From: Bacillota bacterium
GTDB lineage: Bacteria > Bacillota > Limnochordia > Darwinibacteriales > DTU012
DNA length: 64,000 nt
Direction: 5' to 3'
NCBI GenBank assembly: GCA_012521185.1
Contig: JAAYMV010000074.1
Location: 24,919 to 88,918 of the forward strand
In this document: in pieces, positions 28,218-38,718 of the stretch
Layout of the letters: each line of letters opens with the position of its first letter
Position numbering within the stretch: the first letter of the stretch is position 1
The notes under the pieces: generated by a model
The model's database searches: none
The model's input: only the letters and a program-made list of their open reading frames with translations
What the model was told of the DNA's origin: nothing
Made by a program: the position numbers and the translations under genes

Positions 28218-28238
28218 ATGCAGAAGGGAGATTTACAT

Positions 28239-30116
28239 TTGTTAGATTCAATAAAATCTCCTCAACAACTACATGGTTTAAAACCAGCCCAGTTAACGGA
28301 ACTTGCTGCGCAGATTCGAGAACGAATTATCAATACAGTTGTGGAAACAGGAGGCCATTTAGGTGCTAATCTAGGCGTAGTAGAGTTAACCATAGCTTTA
28401 CACTCTGTTCTTAATAGTCCAGAAGATAAAATTATTTGGGACGTAGGTCACCAATGTTATGCTCATAAGCTATTGACTGGTCGAAATGATAGTTTTTCAA
28501 CCTTACGGCAGTTAGGTGGAATATCTGGCTTTCCACGGAAATGTGAAAGTGTTCACGACGTTTTCGATGTTGGTCATAGCTCAACTTCGATATCTGTTGC
28601 TACAGGCATGGCAATAGCGCGAGATTTGCAGAACAAAGATCATAAAATTGTAGCAGTGATTGGTGATGGCGCACTTACTGGCGGTATGGCTTTTGAAGCT
28701 TTGAACCATGCTGGCCAGTTAGGCACAGACTTGATTGTTATTTTAAATGACAATGCCATGTCTATTGCGAAAAATGTTGGGGCACTTAGTGATTATCTCA
28801 ATCATTTACGGATGGATCCAACGCTTTCTAAGGTACGTTTTGAGTTGGAAAACTTAATAAAACGTATTCCTGCGATTGGTGGATCTATGTCTAAATTAAC
28901 AGAATTGATGAAAGATGCGGTAAAAAGTATTTTGCCAGGTCAGCTGTTTGAACAGCTAGGTTTTAGTTATTTTGGGCCATTTGATGGACATAATATTCCG
29001 TTATTGCAGCGGGCTATTCGTGATGGTATCCATCGTGGTGGACCTGTTTTAATACATGTCTTAACCCAAAAAGGTAGAGGCTATGCTCCCGCTGAAGCTA
29101 ACCCAAGTAAGTTTCACGGAATTAGTCCTATGAACGGTGATACTGAAAAACATCCAGACTCCCCGTCATATAGTGAAGTTTTTGGTAATACTTTAGTAAA
29201 ATTAGCCCAGGAAGATTCTACGATTGTAGCGATTACAGCTGCTATGAAGGATGGAACGGGTTTAGCATCATTTGCCAAAGTCTTTCCGGATCGTTTTTTT
29301 GATGTGGGTATTGCTGAACAACATGGTCTAACCTTTGCAGCTGGTTTAGCAAATGAAGGAATGAAGCCGGTGATTGCTTTGTATTCCACATTCCTGCAAA
29401 GAGGGTATGATCAAGTATTGCATGATATTTGTTTGCAAAACTTACCTGTAGTAATTGGAATTGATCGGGCTGGAGTAGTAGGTGATGATGGACCGACTCA
29501 TCAGGGAGTATTTGATATTAGCTTTTTACGCCATATTCCAAATATAGTGTTGTTAGCCCCGCGAAATGGACAGCAGCTGGCTGCTATGCTAGATTGGGCT
29601 TTAAAACAAAACAAACCAGTTGCTATCCGCTATCCAAAGGCAAAAACTAAGCTTGATACTGGAGAGTTGTTCAACCCTGATTTTACCAGTAGTGAGATTC
29701 TACTATCTGGTTCTGATTGTTCAATTTTAGCAGTAGGAAATATGGTAGACAAAGCCCTAGCAGCTGCAGAGCTGCTTAAGAATCAGGTTCGCTGTACTGT
29801 TGTGGATGTGCGGTCTATTAAACCCCTTGATACAGAAACAATTAGTAGGGTTGCCAGGAAAACTAAGAATATTGTGACAGTAGAAGACAATGTTCTATCT
29901 GGTGGTTTTGGCAGTTTAATTTTGGAATATTTTAGTGGTGAATCAGGATACAAAATTGTAAATATGGGGTATCCGGATGAGTTTATTCCTCAGGGTCCAA
30001 TAGAATACTTGCAGTCTTTGTATGGATTATCTCCAGAAGGAATTGCTGCTAAAGTATTAGAAATATTAGGTAGACCTGCTTTAAAGGAGATTGTTCATGA
30101 GCAAAGTACGTATTGA
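28239..30116 (+). CDS. dxs: 1-deoxy-D-xylulose-5-phosphate synthase
   Basis: TPP motifs (GDGALTGGMAFEALNHAG), length 626 aa. TTG 28239 has an AAGGGAG RBS, whereas the upstream ATG 28218 has none. Confidence 0.9.
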   Translation: MLDSIKSPQQLHGLKPAQLTELAAQIRERIINTVVETGGHLGANLGVVELTIALHSVLNSPEDKIIWDVGHQCYAHKLLTGRNDSFSTLRQLGGISGFPRKCESVHDVFDVGHSSTSISVATGMAIARDLQNKDHKIVAVIGDGALTGGMAFEALNHAGQLGTDLIVILNDNAMSIAKNVGALSDYLNHLRMDPTLSKVRFELENLIKRIPAIGGSMSKLTELMKDAVKSILPGQLFEQLGFSYFGPFDGHNIPLLQRAIRDGIHRGGPVLIHVLTQKGRGYAPAEANPSKFHGISPMNGDTEKHPDSPSYSEVFGNTLVKLAQEDSTIVAITAAMKDGTGLASFAKVFPDRFFDVGIAEQHGLTFAAGLANEGMKPVIALYSTFLQRGYDQVLHDICLQNLPVVIGIDRAGVVGDDGPTHQGVFDISFLRHIPNIVLLAPRNGQQLAAMLDWALKQNKPVAIRYPKAKTKLDTGELFNPDFTSSEILLSGSDCSILAVGNMVDKALAAAELLKNQVRCTVVDVRSIKPLDTETISRVARKTKNIVTVEDNVLSGGFGSLILEYFSGESGYKIVNMGYPDEFIPQGPIEYLQSLYGLSPEGIAAKVLEILGRPALKEIVHEQSTY

Positions 30117-30900
30117 TCAATTATTAGTAAACCAAGGATATTTTCCATCTCGCGAACAAGCTCAACGTTCGATTATGGCTGGATTGGTTTATGTTGATGA
30201 ACAGCGCGTTGATAAACCAGGCACAAAGGTTGAAGCAAATGCTGTAGTTCGTTTAGAAGGTCAATTGCATCCTTATGTTAGTAGGGGAGGTTTAAAGCTA
30301 GAGAAAGCGTTAAAGAGCTTTGCTGTTGATGTAGCGGATAAAATAGCAATTGATGTAGGAGCTTCTACAGGTGGATTTACTGATTGTTTGTTACAAAATG
30401 GCACAAAATTAGTTTACGCCGTCGATGTTGGTTATGGGCAGCTGGATTGGAAGTTACGAAATGATCCGCGGGTTGTAGTTATGGAACGAACAAATATTCG
30501 TTATCTATCCTTAGCTGAATTAGGGCAGCCTGCAGAAATTGCCACTATCGATGTGGCTTTTATTTCGTTAACAAAGTTTTTTCAAAATTTATTGGATTTA
30601 CTGACCGAAGAAGGAGAGATCATTGCATTAATAAAACCTCAATTTGAAGCTGGCCGTGATTTGGTCGGTAAACATGGAGTTGTGCGTGATCCTAACGTTC
30701 ATAAACAAGTAATCATAAATTTAGTTAATAAATTGCAAGAAAATGGTGTTGGTTTACTTGGTTTAGATCATTCGCCAATTCGTGGCCCTAAAGGGAATAT
30801 TGAGTTTTTAGCATATTTTCGCAAAGCTGCTCCTATCTATGATTGTACAGAGTTGGCAAACCTGGTTGTAGAAAGAGCTTGGTCAGAGTTAGAACTATGA
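30097..30900 (+). CDS. tlyA: TlyA-family rRNA 2'-O-methyltransferase (S4 domain + FtsJ-like MTase)
   Basis: S4 domain RIDQLLVNQGYFPSREQAQ, and an MTase motif DVGASTGGFTD. AAGGAG RBS before ATG 30097. Confidence 0.85.
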   Translation: MSKVRIDQLLVNQGYFPSREQAQRSIMAGLVYVDEQRVDKPGTKVEANAVVRLEGQLHPYVSRGGLKLEKALKSFAVDVADKIAIDVGASTGGFTDCLLQNGTKLVYAVDVGYGQLDWKLRNDPRVVVMERTNIRYLSLAELGQPAEIATIDVAFISLTKFFQNLLDLLTEEGEIIALIKPQFEAGRDLVGKHGVVRDPNVHKQVIINLVNKLQENGVGLLGLDHSPIRGPKGNIEFLAYFRKAAPIYDCTELANLVVERAWSELEL

Positions 30901-30925
30901 CTTGGCTGGAATTGAGGGATGCGCG

Positions 30926-31795
30926 ATGAAAATTGGAATTATGCCCCATACTGGTAAGCCTGTAGCGATGCAATTGACAGTAGAGGTAATTGAGTATTTG
31001 ATGTCAAAGGGCAAGATACCTTGGATTTCAGAAGAAGTGGCAGCATTAATTGGTCGTCCTGATCTTGGTAGGAAAGAAGAAACCATTAAAGAAATTGATG
31101 TTTTACTGGTTTTGGGCGGAGATGGTACCTTATTAAATGCGGCCCGTACAATTGTTGACTATGATATATTAATTCTTGGCGTCAATGTAGGCCATTTAGG
31201 TTTTTTAACAGAAATTGAGACTGATCATCTTTATCAATCATTAGATAAATTATTAGCCCGTGATTTTCATGTGGAAGAACGGATGTTTATTGAGTGTCAG
31301 GTAATTCGCGACCAGCAGGTAATTGCTACTTATCGAGCGTTAAATGACTTTGTAATTACTCGGGGAACCTTTGCTCGTATTATTCAGCTGCGGGTGGATG
31401 TAGATGATCAGCCGGTTGTAGATTATCAAGCGGATGGACTGATTGTTGCTACGCCAACTGGCTCCACTGCTTATTCATTGTCGGCTGGAGGTCCGATTGT
31501 AGAACCAAGCTTAGATTGTTTAATAATTACTCCAATATGTCCTCATACTCTAGCAGCTCGTTCTGTTGTTGTCCACCAAGATGCTACAGTTACAGTAATT
31601 ATTGAAGCTAACCATGAAGAGGTTATGTTAACGATTGACGGTCAATTAGGTTTTCCCTTACAAAGTTTAGACCAGGTCAAAATCGTTCGTGCTGGAGTTA
31701 CAGGTAAGTTTATTAAGCTAAGTGGACGGAGTTTTTTTGATATTTTGAACTCCCGATTGAAGGGACCGCTTAGGGGGGGAGATTGTGAAGAGTAA
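30926..31795 (+). CDS. nadK: NAD+ kinase
   Basis: GGDGT motif (LVLGGDGTLL), plus NDFVITRG and DGLIVATPTGSTAYSLSAGGP. Confidence 0.9.
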   Translation: MKIGIMPHTGKPVAMQLTVEVIEYLMSKGKIPWISEEVAALIGRPDLGRKEETIKEIDVLLVLGGDGTLLNAARTIVDYDILILGVNVGHLGFLTEIETDHLYQSLDKLLARDFHVEERMFIECQVIRDQQVIATYRALNDFVITRGTFARIIQLRVDVDDQPVVDYQADGLIVATPTGSTAYSLSAGGPIVEPSLDCLIITPICPHTLAARSVVVHQDATVTVIIEANHEEVMLTIDGQLGFPLQSLDQVKIVRAGVTGKFIKLSGRSFFDILNSRLKGPLRGGDCEE

Positions 31796-32267
31796 ACGTC
31801 AAGCTTATATTTTGGAGGTAATTAAGGAGCTGGAAATTGAAACGCAGGATGAGTTGTTAAGTATTCTACATGGCGCAGGGTTTCCAGTGACGCAAGCCAC
31901 AATTTCACGTGATGTCAAAGAACTAAGACTTGCGAAAGTCTCAAATGGGAAAGGTGGCTATAAATATGCATTACCTCATGGTGCGACCAAAGGAGACTTG
32001 AATCGCCGGGCTCGACGCGTGTTTGAGGATTATGTCCGTGGGATAGATTTTAGTGGCAACTTATTAATTATTAAAACATATCCCGGTGGCGCTAATGCTG
32101 TAGCAGCTATTATTGACGATTTAGAGTGGGATGGTGTAGTGGCTACTTTAGCAGGTGATGATGTAATTATCTTAGTAGTTAGAAGGGAAGAAGAGCAAGA
32201 CTTAGAAAAGCCTCAAGGGATAGCTGGAGAATTGTATGAACGTTTAGAAGAGCTGCTAAAAAGGTGA
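31785..32267 (+). CDS. argR: Arginine repressor
   Basis: Winged-helix N-terminus (TQATISRDVKELRL) and a C-terminal oligomerisation domain (GDDVIILV). Confidence 0.85.
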   Translation: MKSKRQAYILEVIKELEIETQDELLSILHGAGFPVTQATISRDVKELRLAKVSNGKGGYKYALPHGATKGDLNRRARRVFEDYVRGIDFSGNLLIIKTYPGGANAVAAIIDDLEWDGVVATLAGDDVIILVVRREEEQDLEKPQGIAGELYERLEELLKR

Positions 32268-32279
32268 GGTGAGTTAATT

Positions 32280-33956
32280 TTGCTCAAAGAACTGCAAATT
32301 AGCGGATTTGCTCTCATTGATCAAGTGCACTTATCTTTTGATTCTGGATTTAGTGTAATTACAGGAGAAACTGGTGCTGGAAAGTCAATTATTATTGATG
32401 CTCTTAGCTTACTTTTAGGCACCCGTGCTTCTAGTGAAATGATTCGTACTGGCTGTGATCAAGCTGTTGTAGAGGGATTATTTCAGCCTTCCGCAGGAGC
32501 TAGAAATTTACTTGTGGAGTGGGGAATGGGTTCAGCTGAGGATGATGAGTTAATTATCATGCGTGAGATCCATCGTACTGGTCGGAACCGTTGTCGAATT
32601 AATGGTCATCTAGCGAATGTGACTCAATTAGCTCAATTAGCACCTTATTTAGTTGATATTCTAGGACAACATGATACTCAGAGTTTATTAGATGTGGAAA
32701 AGCATCGTTATATTTTAGACTCCTTTGGTGATGCTGAACATCAGAAATTACGCGACAAAATAAGTAAGTTATATCAAGAATATAGTGAGATACGCAGTCG
32801 TCGCATTAAGTTACAGACTAACGAAAAAGAACGTTTAGTGCGAATTGATTTATTACAATTTCAAGTCGAAGAAATTGGACAAGCTAAGCTGCAAGTCGGA
32901 GAAGTTCATCGATTGACTGCAGATTTAGAACGACTAGCCAATTTAGATCGACTGTCCTCGACTGCAGCTAGTGTCTATAGTAGATTTCAAGAGGATACTG
33001 AAGGATTGCCTTCTTTGTCACGATTATTGTCCGAAGCTGTCCATGACTTATCAAGTATAGGTAAATATGATCAAACTCTAATACCCTTAGTAGAGAACTT
33101 TTCCAATGCCTTAGTATTATTTGAAGAAGGCTGTCGTGATTTAAGAAATTATGTAGAATCATTAGAGAGTGATCCACAAGCATTACAAGACGTTGAAGAG
33201 CGATTACATCTAATTCGTTCATTATTGCGTAAATATGGTGATACGGAACAGGAAGTTTTGAATTATTATGAACAGATCCAGCAGGAATTAGAAGAGCTTA
33301 CTCATAGCAGTGAAACAGTCGACCATTTGGTTAAGCAGGAGGAACATCTTTATCAAGAGTTGCTACAGTTATCCGCCAAGTTGACAGAAAAGCGCCAACA
33401 ATGTGCCAAAGAATTAGAGAAGAATATTGAAGCTCAATTAGCAGATTTAAACATGGAATCTAGATTCGTGGTAGAAATTAAGCAAGCGGAACAGGTTGGT
33501 GCTGAGGGTTTAGACCTAATTGAATTTAAGATTTCGCCAAATATTGGTGAGGACTTAAAGCCATTAGCAAAAATTGCTTCAGGCGGTGAAATGTCCCGGA
33601 TTATGTTGGCTATTAAAAGTATCTTAGCCGAAGCAGATCAAGTTCCTACTCTTGTTTTTGATGAAGTTGACAGTGGCATTGGGGGACGAACAGCTCTAAA
33701 AGTTGCTGATAAATTACACAAATTAAGCCGACATTTCCAGGTGTTTTCTGTTACGCATTTACCAATAGTTGCTAGTTATGCAAAGCATCACTATTATATT
33801 GAGAAAAAGGTTATTCAGGATCGAACAGTGATGCAGGTTAATTTGCTAAGTAAGGAAGAAAGAGTAAACGAAATTGTAAGAATGCTTGGTGGACATGAGG
33901 ATGTAGAGACTATCGCTCATGCTAAACAGCTGCTAAACCAAGCAAATACCAGCTAG
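32280..33956 (+). CDS. recN: DNA repair protein RecN
   Basis: Walker A GETGAGKS, a long coiled-coil, and a C-terminal signature/D-loop (LVFDEVDSGIGG). Confidence 0.9.
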   Translation: MLKELQISGFALIDQVHLSFDSGFSVITGETGAGKSIIIDALSLLLGTRASSEMIRTGCDQAVVEGLFQPSAGARNLLVEWGMGSAEDDELIIMREIHRTGRNRCRINGHLANVTQLAQLAPYLVDILGQHDTQSLLDVEKHRYILDSFGDAEHQKLRDKISKLYQEYSEIRSRRIKLQTNEKERLVRIDLLQFQVEEIGQAKLQVGEVHRLTADLERLANLDRLSSTAASVYSRFQEDTEGLPSLSRLLSEAVHDLSSIGKYDQTLIPLVENFSNALVLFEEGCRDLRNYVESLESDPQALQDVEERLHLIRSLLRKYGDTEQEVLNYYEQIQQELEELTHSSETVDHLVKQEEHLYQELLQLSAKLTEKRQQCAKELEKNIEAQLADLNMESRFVVEIKQAEQVGAEGLDLIEFKISPNIGEDLKPLAKIASGGEMSRIMLAIKSILAEADQVPTLVFDEVDSGIGGRTALKVADKLHKLSRHFQVFSVTHLPIVASYAKHHYYIEKKVIQDRTVMQVNLLSKEERVNEIVRMLGGHEDVETIAHAKQLLNQANTS

Positions 33957-34024
33957 TTCCTTAATATTAGTCTTCTTTCGCGGGCACCATACAAGCAGAC
34001 AGTTTTGCTTGAGGGGTGTAGCCT

Positions 34025-35338
34025 GTGAAAAGAGGACTAATTTGGTATTTTTTAGTGCCAGTAATTTTGATTATTGGCATTTTTGTCACTCCCGCTTTAC
34101 CCTATTGGGCTGGAATTCCAGGTCAAGTTCGTTTGTATCCGGGTACTGACTATTCTCTTTATGTTCAGCTTCCTTTTAGTTTGGTAGATGCCAATGGGGT
34201 AAACGTAGTTGGTGAGAAACGTAATTTTCTCTTTAATTCGGAAGAGATTGGGAAACAGTATTTTCAAGTTAGGCTATTTGGCATTATTCCTGTTAAAGAA
34301 ATGGTCGTGGATGTGGTTCCCCAGGTATATTTGTTTCCAGGTGGCCAGTCTATTGGAGTGTTAGTAAATTCCCTTGGTTTAGTGATTAGTAGAGTTGTTC
34401 CTGTTCGGGGTTTAGACGGGAAAGAATACTTTCCTGCAGCATCAGCAGGTATTCAGGCAGGAGATGTGATTTTGAAAATTGGAAATCAGCAGGTCTCCCG
34501 ACCAGGGCAAGTTGGTATGTTAATTAATCAATTAGCACCAAATTTTGATACTATTCCTATTTTGATTCGTCGTAACGAACAGATTTTAGAACGACATATT
34601 AAACCCGTTTTATCGTTACAAGAAGACTATACAGGAAAGCAACGTGAAGTGTATTTAGTAGGATTCTTTTTGGAAGATCCTGCTGCAGGGGTAGGAACTT
34701 TAACTTTTTATGATCCAGAAACAGGTCGTTACGGGGCATTAGGACATACCATAACCGACGGTTTTGGACGGGATTTGGAGATCAGTCAGGGGAGTATTGT
34801 TCAGGCGAGCATTAATAGTATCAAACAAGGATTAAAGGGTTTACCTGGAGAGAAGTTGGGTGTTTTTCAAAGTGATGATCAAATTTTAGGTACTATCGAT
34901 AAAAATACTAAATTTGGCATTTTCGGGAATTTACAAAGAACTATTAAACACGAGTATTTTCCACAGCCAATAGCTGTAGCCTTATCCCATGAAGTTCAGG
35001 TAGGGCCTGCTAAAATCTATACTGTAATTAATGGGGATCAAGTTGAAGAGTTTGATATTGAAATTACCCGGGTAATAACTCAACCTGAACCTGATGATAA
35101 GGGATTGATTATTCGCGTGACAGATCCACGATTGCTTAGCATTACTGGTGGAATTGTCCAAGGTATGAGTGGTAGTCCTATTGTCCAAAACAATAAATTA
35201 ATTGGTGCTGTAACTCATGTTTTTATTAATAATCCAGTAATGGGATATGGTAGTTTTATCGAATGGATGATTTATGAGGCTGGATTAGCTGATGAACAAC
35301 AGTCTTTGGCAGTTGTTGAATGGAAGCAAGCAATCTAA
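34025..35338 (+). CDS. spoIVB: Stage IV sporulation protein B (S55 signalling peptidase with PDZ domain)
   Basis: N-terminal TM, a PDZ segment (GIQAGDVILKIGNQQV) and a C-terminal S55 protease region (GGIVQGMSGSPIV). Immediately upstream of spo0A, as in Bacillus. Confidence 0.85.
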   Translation: MKRGLIWYFLVPVILIIGIFVTPALPYWAGIPGQVRLYPGTDYSLYVQLPFSLVDANGVNVVGEKRNFLFNSEEIGKQYFQVRLFGIIPVKEMVVDVVPQVYLFPGGQSIGVLVNSLGLVISRVVPVRGLDGKEYFPAASAGIQAGDVILKIGNQQVSRPGQVGMLINQLAPNFDTIPILIRRNEQILERHIKPVLSLQEDYTGKQREVYLVGFFLEDPAAGVGTLTFYDPETGRYGALGHTITDGFGRDLEISQGSIVQASINSIKQGLKGLPGEKLGVFQSDDQILGTIDKNTKFGIFGNLQRTIKHEYFPQPIAVALSHEVQVGPAKIYTVINGDQVEEFDIEITRVITQPEPDDKGLIIRVTDPRLLSITGGIVQGMSGSPIVQNNKLIGAVTHVFINNPVMGYGSFIEWMIYEAGLADEQQSLAVVEWKQAI

Positions 35339-35357
35339 CAGGGAGGTGGCGTACGAA

Positions 35358-36119
35358 ATGATTAAAGTACTGTTAGGAGATTATAATGAGCATCTGGGTC
35401 GCTCCATTGCCACTCATCTAGCGAAGGAGCCGGAAATTAATTTGTTAGAATATATTAATCATCCTGAAAAACTAGACGATCGAATTCAAGCTGTCGAACC
35501 GGATGTCTTGGTTATGGATTTTATGTGGCCGAAAGCAGAAGGTATTCAAATACTCGAAAAACTCTTCAATAATTACCAGGATTTGAAGGTACTTGTTATG
35601 TCTAGTTTTGGTGATGATGAGTTTGTAGAACAACTAGCTAATTTAGGTGTTGCTTATTACCTAATGAAACCTTTTAACTTAGATTGTTTAGTGGAGCGGA
35701 TTAGGTATGTAGATCAACTGGCTGCAGCTTCTCAGAGCTTCTTACAATATGCTTATAACCGTCAATCGCTAGAGGAAATGCTTGCTAAATATCTTAATCA
35801 AATAGGCATTTTTTCAAATCTTAAAGGTTATTATTATTTAATTGACGCCATTATTATGATCACTCTTAATAAGACCTGGTTAGATCGAAGAATTACTTCT
35901 AAGTTATATCCAGAAATTGCACGTTATCATGGTACAACGCCGCAAAAAGTGGAACGAGCAATTCGTTACGCCATCGACACCGCTTGGACTAGAGGTAATC
36001 TAAAAACCTTAAATCAATTTTTCCCACATACAATCGATGCTGAAAGAGGAAAACCTTCCAATTCTGCCTTCATTGCAAAAATGGCAGATATTATTAATTA
36101 TAATTTGCTAGCACAATGA
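35358..36119 (+). CDS. spo0A: Sporulation master regulator Spo0A (receiver + Spo0A-C DNA-binding domain)
   Basis: C-terminal 0A-box recognition helix region YHGTTPQKVERAIRYAIDTAWTRGN...SNSAFIAKMAD, and a receiver domain with VLVMDF (phospho-Asp). GGGAGGTGG RBS before ATG 35358. Confidence 0.9.
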   Translation: MIKVLLGDYNEHLGRSIATHLAKEPEINLLEYINHPEKLDDRIQAVEPDVLVMDFMWPKAEGIQILEKLFNNYQDLKVLVMSSFGDDEFVEQLANLGVAYYLMKPFNLDCLVERIRYVDQLAAASQSFLQYAYNRQSLEEMLAKYLNQIGIFSNLKGYYYLIDAIIMITLNKTWLDRRITSKLYPEIARYHGTTPQKVERAIRYAIDTAWTRGNLKTLNQFFPHTIDAERGKPSNSAFIAKMADIINYNLLAQ

Positions 36120-36126
36120 TTAAATT

Positions 36127-36160
36127 AAGGACGATGAGACAACTCATCGTCCTTATTTTA
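36127..36160 (+). terminator. Rho-independent terminator (AAGGACGATGAG acaa CTCATCGTCCTT + TATTTT)
   Basis: Perfect 12-bp stem. Confidence 0.85.
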
Positions 36161-36189
36161 TGTAATAATTTGGAGACGGAAGTGTTTTT

Positions 36190-37314
36190 ATGGTAATAAG
36201 TGGGCAAGCTAGATTAGGACGAAAAACCAAAGAGTTGGTAAAAGAATTAGCTTCAGGGGAAATTGCGATCATTGATCACCAAGACTTAGATGCTATGGGT
36301 GCCATGGGATTGGTAGAAGCAGGTGTGTTGGCTGTTCTTAATGCAGCGGATTCGATTTCAGGTCGTTATCCAAATTTAGGACCAGAATTATTATTAGAAA
36401 ATCAGATTGTTTTGATTGATCAATTAGGCGATCAGATTTTTACTCAACTAAAAGCTGGCGACCTATTAACAATTAAGGGAAATCGAGTATATCTTGCCGA
36501 TCGTTTGATAGGGGTTGGAAGACGGTTAACAATGAGGCAAATTACTGCATTAATGGAACAAGCTAAAGAAAATTTAGATGAAGAGATAAGCAAATTTGTC
36601 GATAACACCATGGAGTTTGTCCAAAAAGAAAAAGAACAAATTCTGAAAGGTGTACAGCTGCCAGATATTAATACCTGTATTGAGGGTAGGCATGTAGTAG
36701 TAGTAGTTCGTGGATTGGGATATTTAGAGGATCTAAAAGCTATAGGTGCTTATATCGAGGAGATGCAGCCTATATTAATTGGAGTGGATGGTGGTGCTGA
36801 TGCATTGTTAGAATGTGGGCATCAGCCTGATATTATCATTGGTGATATGGATAGTATCACGGATCAGGCGCTTAAAAGCGGTGCTGAGCTGCTCGTTCAT
36901 GCCTATTCCGATGGTCGTTGTCCAGGCGCTGCTAGATTAGATGAGTTAGGTTTGGAGTATAAATTGTTTCCAGCGCCGGGAACTAGTGAAGATATTGCCC
37001 TGCTACTAGCATACGAAATGGGAGCCAAACTAATTGCAGCAGTTGGTTTACATTCCCATATGATTGACTTTTTAGAAAAAGGTAGACCTGGTATGGCTTC
37101 GACATTTTTAGTAAGAATGAAAATCGGGTCGATTTTAGTAGACGCTAAAGGGGTAAGTCAGTTATATCAAAGCAGCTCAAGTATGATTCCTCCTATTCCA
37201 CTATTAATTGCTGCTATTTTGCCGATTATTGTTTTCGTAGCATTAGCTTCACCATGGCGGCAGTTTGTACGCTTGTTATGGTTGCAAATCCGCCTATTTG
37301 TAGGAGGGTTGTAG
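36190..37314 (+). CDS. steA: Putative cytokinetic-ring protein SteA-like (TPK-catalytic-like domain + C-terminal TM)
   Basis: N-terminal ARLGRKTKELV...IAIIDHQDLD...ISGRYPNLGPELLL. A central thiamine-pyrophosphokinase-like motif IGVDGGADALLECGHQPDIIIGDMDSI, and a C-terminal TM segment. Confidence 0.7.
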   Translation: MVISGQARLGRKTKELVKELASGEIAIIDHQDLDAMGAMGLVEAGVLAVLNAADSISGRYPNLGPELLLENQIVLIDQLGDQIFTQLKAGDLLTIKGNRVYLADRLIGVGRRLTMRQITALMEQAKENLDEEISKFVDNTMEFVQKEKEQILKGVQLPDINTCIEGRHVVVVVRGLGYLEDLKAIGAYIEEMQPILIGVDGGADALLECGHQPDIIIGDMDSITDQALKSGAELLVHAYSDGRCPGAARLDELGLEYKLFPAPGTSEDIALLLAYEMGAKLIAAVGLHSHMIDFLEKGRPGMASTFLVRMKIGSILVDAKGVSQLYQSSSSMIPPIPLLIAAILPIIVFVALASPWRQFVRLLWLQIRLFVGGL

Positions 37315-38022
37315 ATGCATATTGGTTTTCGCTATCATGTTGCATCATTAGTAGCTGTTTTTTTCAGTTTGGTGCTAGGTATGTTAATCGGTAGTGCTTT
37401 GTTTCAAAACGATGGTTTGGTACAAGAACAGGGACATATTATTGCTGATTTAGAGAATCGCTTTAAGGCTTTGGAAATTAGAACAAAAACTTTACAAGCT
37501 AGTCTAGAAATAGCCCAGGAGAAAGAGAATGTGTTAATTAGTTTTTGGGAACAAGTTAAGCCATTGTTGATTAGTGATCAGTTGCGTGACGCTGCAGTTG
37601 TAGTTTTTGTCAATGAAGGCTTATCAAACTTAGAAGGGCTGATTAATTTATTAGAGCATGCTGGTGCAAGCTTTTTAGGAGAGCTGCAGCTTCCAGTAAC
37701 TGAACGGCAGATAGAAGGTTTAATTAGTGACTTTGAAAAGCCACTGAATAAAAAAATTGCTATTGTTTATGCAAATTCAAACCAGTTGGATTTAAGTAGT
37801 TTAGACAACTTGCAGCATCATGGTTGGCAAATTGGGATTATTCATTCTTATGATGCAGACTTAAATTTGGTTGACTTGGCAGATAAAAGTTTGGTAATCT
37901 CAGGAATTGACACACCAATAGGTGAACTTGCTTTAATTCAAGGTTTAAGTCAGTCTATAACAGGTAGATATGGATGGGGAAAAAGTTTTTCCAGTTTATT
38001 ACCTACTGTTATAGGAGAGTAA
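37315..38022 (+). CDS. SteB/MctB-like membrane protein (annotated in databases as 'copper transporter' family)
   Basis: Single N-terminal TM followed by a soluble domain, immediately after the steA-like gene. Confidence 0.55.
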   Translation: MHIGFRYHVASLVAVFFSLVLGMLIGSALFQNDGLVQEQGHIIADLENRFKALEIRTKTLQASLEIAQEKENVLISFWEQVKPLLISDQLRDAAVVVFVNEGLSNLEGLINLLEHAGASFLGELQLPVTERQIEGLISDFEKPLNKKIAIVYANSNQLDLSSLDNLQHHGWQIGIIHSYDADLNLVDLADKSLVISGIDTPIGELALIQGLSQSITGRYGWGKSFSSLLPTVIGE

Positions 38023-38025
38023 ATT

Positions 38026-38715
38026 ATGAAAATAGTTGCTTTAGTTCCGGCTTTCAATGAAGCACTGCGACTTGCCAAAACTATCAGAGGAATTAGTGAA
38101 ATAAAGGCTGTCGATAAAATTGTTGTGATCAATGATGGCTCTACCGATCAGACTAGTCAAGTAGTTCGCAAATGTCAACAAGAATATCCAGTGGAATTAG
38201 TTGAATTAACGAAAAATATGGGTAAAGGGCAAGCTTTAAATATTGGTTGGCAAGAATATCCTGCTGAAATTTACCTTTTGATTGATGCTGATCTAGAAGA
38301 AAGTGCTGCTTTGGCCAGTGCCTTATTAGAGCCAGTAATCAATCAGGAAGTAGATATGACCATTGCTAACTTTGTTACCAGACAGGTGAAAACAGGAAAA
38401 ATGGGCTTTGGGTTAGCAAAATCTATCGCTAGCTGGGGAATTAAAAGGCTAACTGGAGTTGCCACAACTAGTCCTCTTTCTGGGCAACGAGCTGTTCGTC
38501 AGCAAGTACTCAAAGAATGTGGTGGTTTTGCCGCTGGGTTTGGTGTAGAAGTAGAGTTGACTATTAAAGCATTACGGTTAGGTTATCAGATTCGTGAAAT
38601 AGATTTACCAATGACTCATCGACCCACTGGAAGAAATTTGTCAGGTTTTATGCATCGGGGAAAACAATTATGGATGATTATTAAAGTACTGGTAAAAGCA
38701 TGGAGGAATAAATAA
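38026..38715 (+). CDS. Family-2 glycosyltransferase (polyprenyl-phosphate sugar transferase-like)
   Basis: LVPAFNE...VINDGSTD...DADL GT-A motifs. Length 229 aa. Confidence 0.8.
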   Translation: MKIVALVPAFNEALRLAKTIRGISEIKAVDKIVVINDGSTDQTSQVVRKCQQEYPVELVELTKNMGKGQALNIGWQEYPAEIYLLIDADLEESAALASALLEPVINQEVDMTIANFVTRQVKTGKMGFGLAKSIASWGIKRLTGVATTSPLSGQRAVRQQVLKECGGFAAGFGVEVELTIKALRLGYQIREIDLPMTHRPTGRNLSGFMHRGKQLWMIIKVLVKAWRNK

Positions 38716-38718
38716 GTA

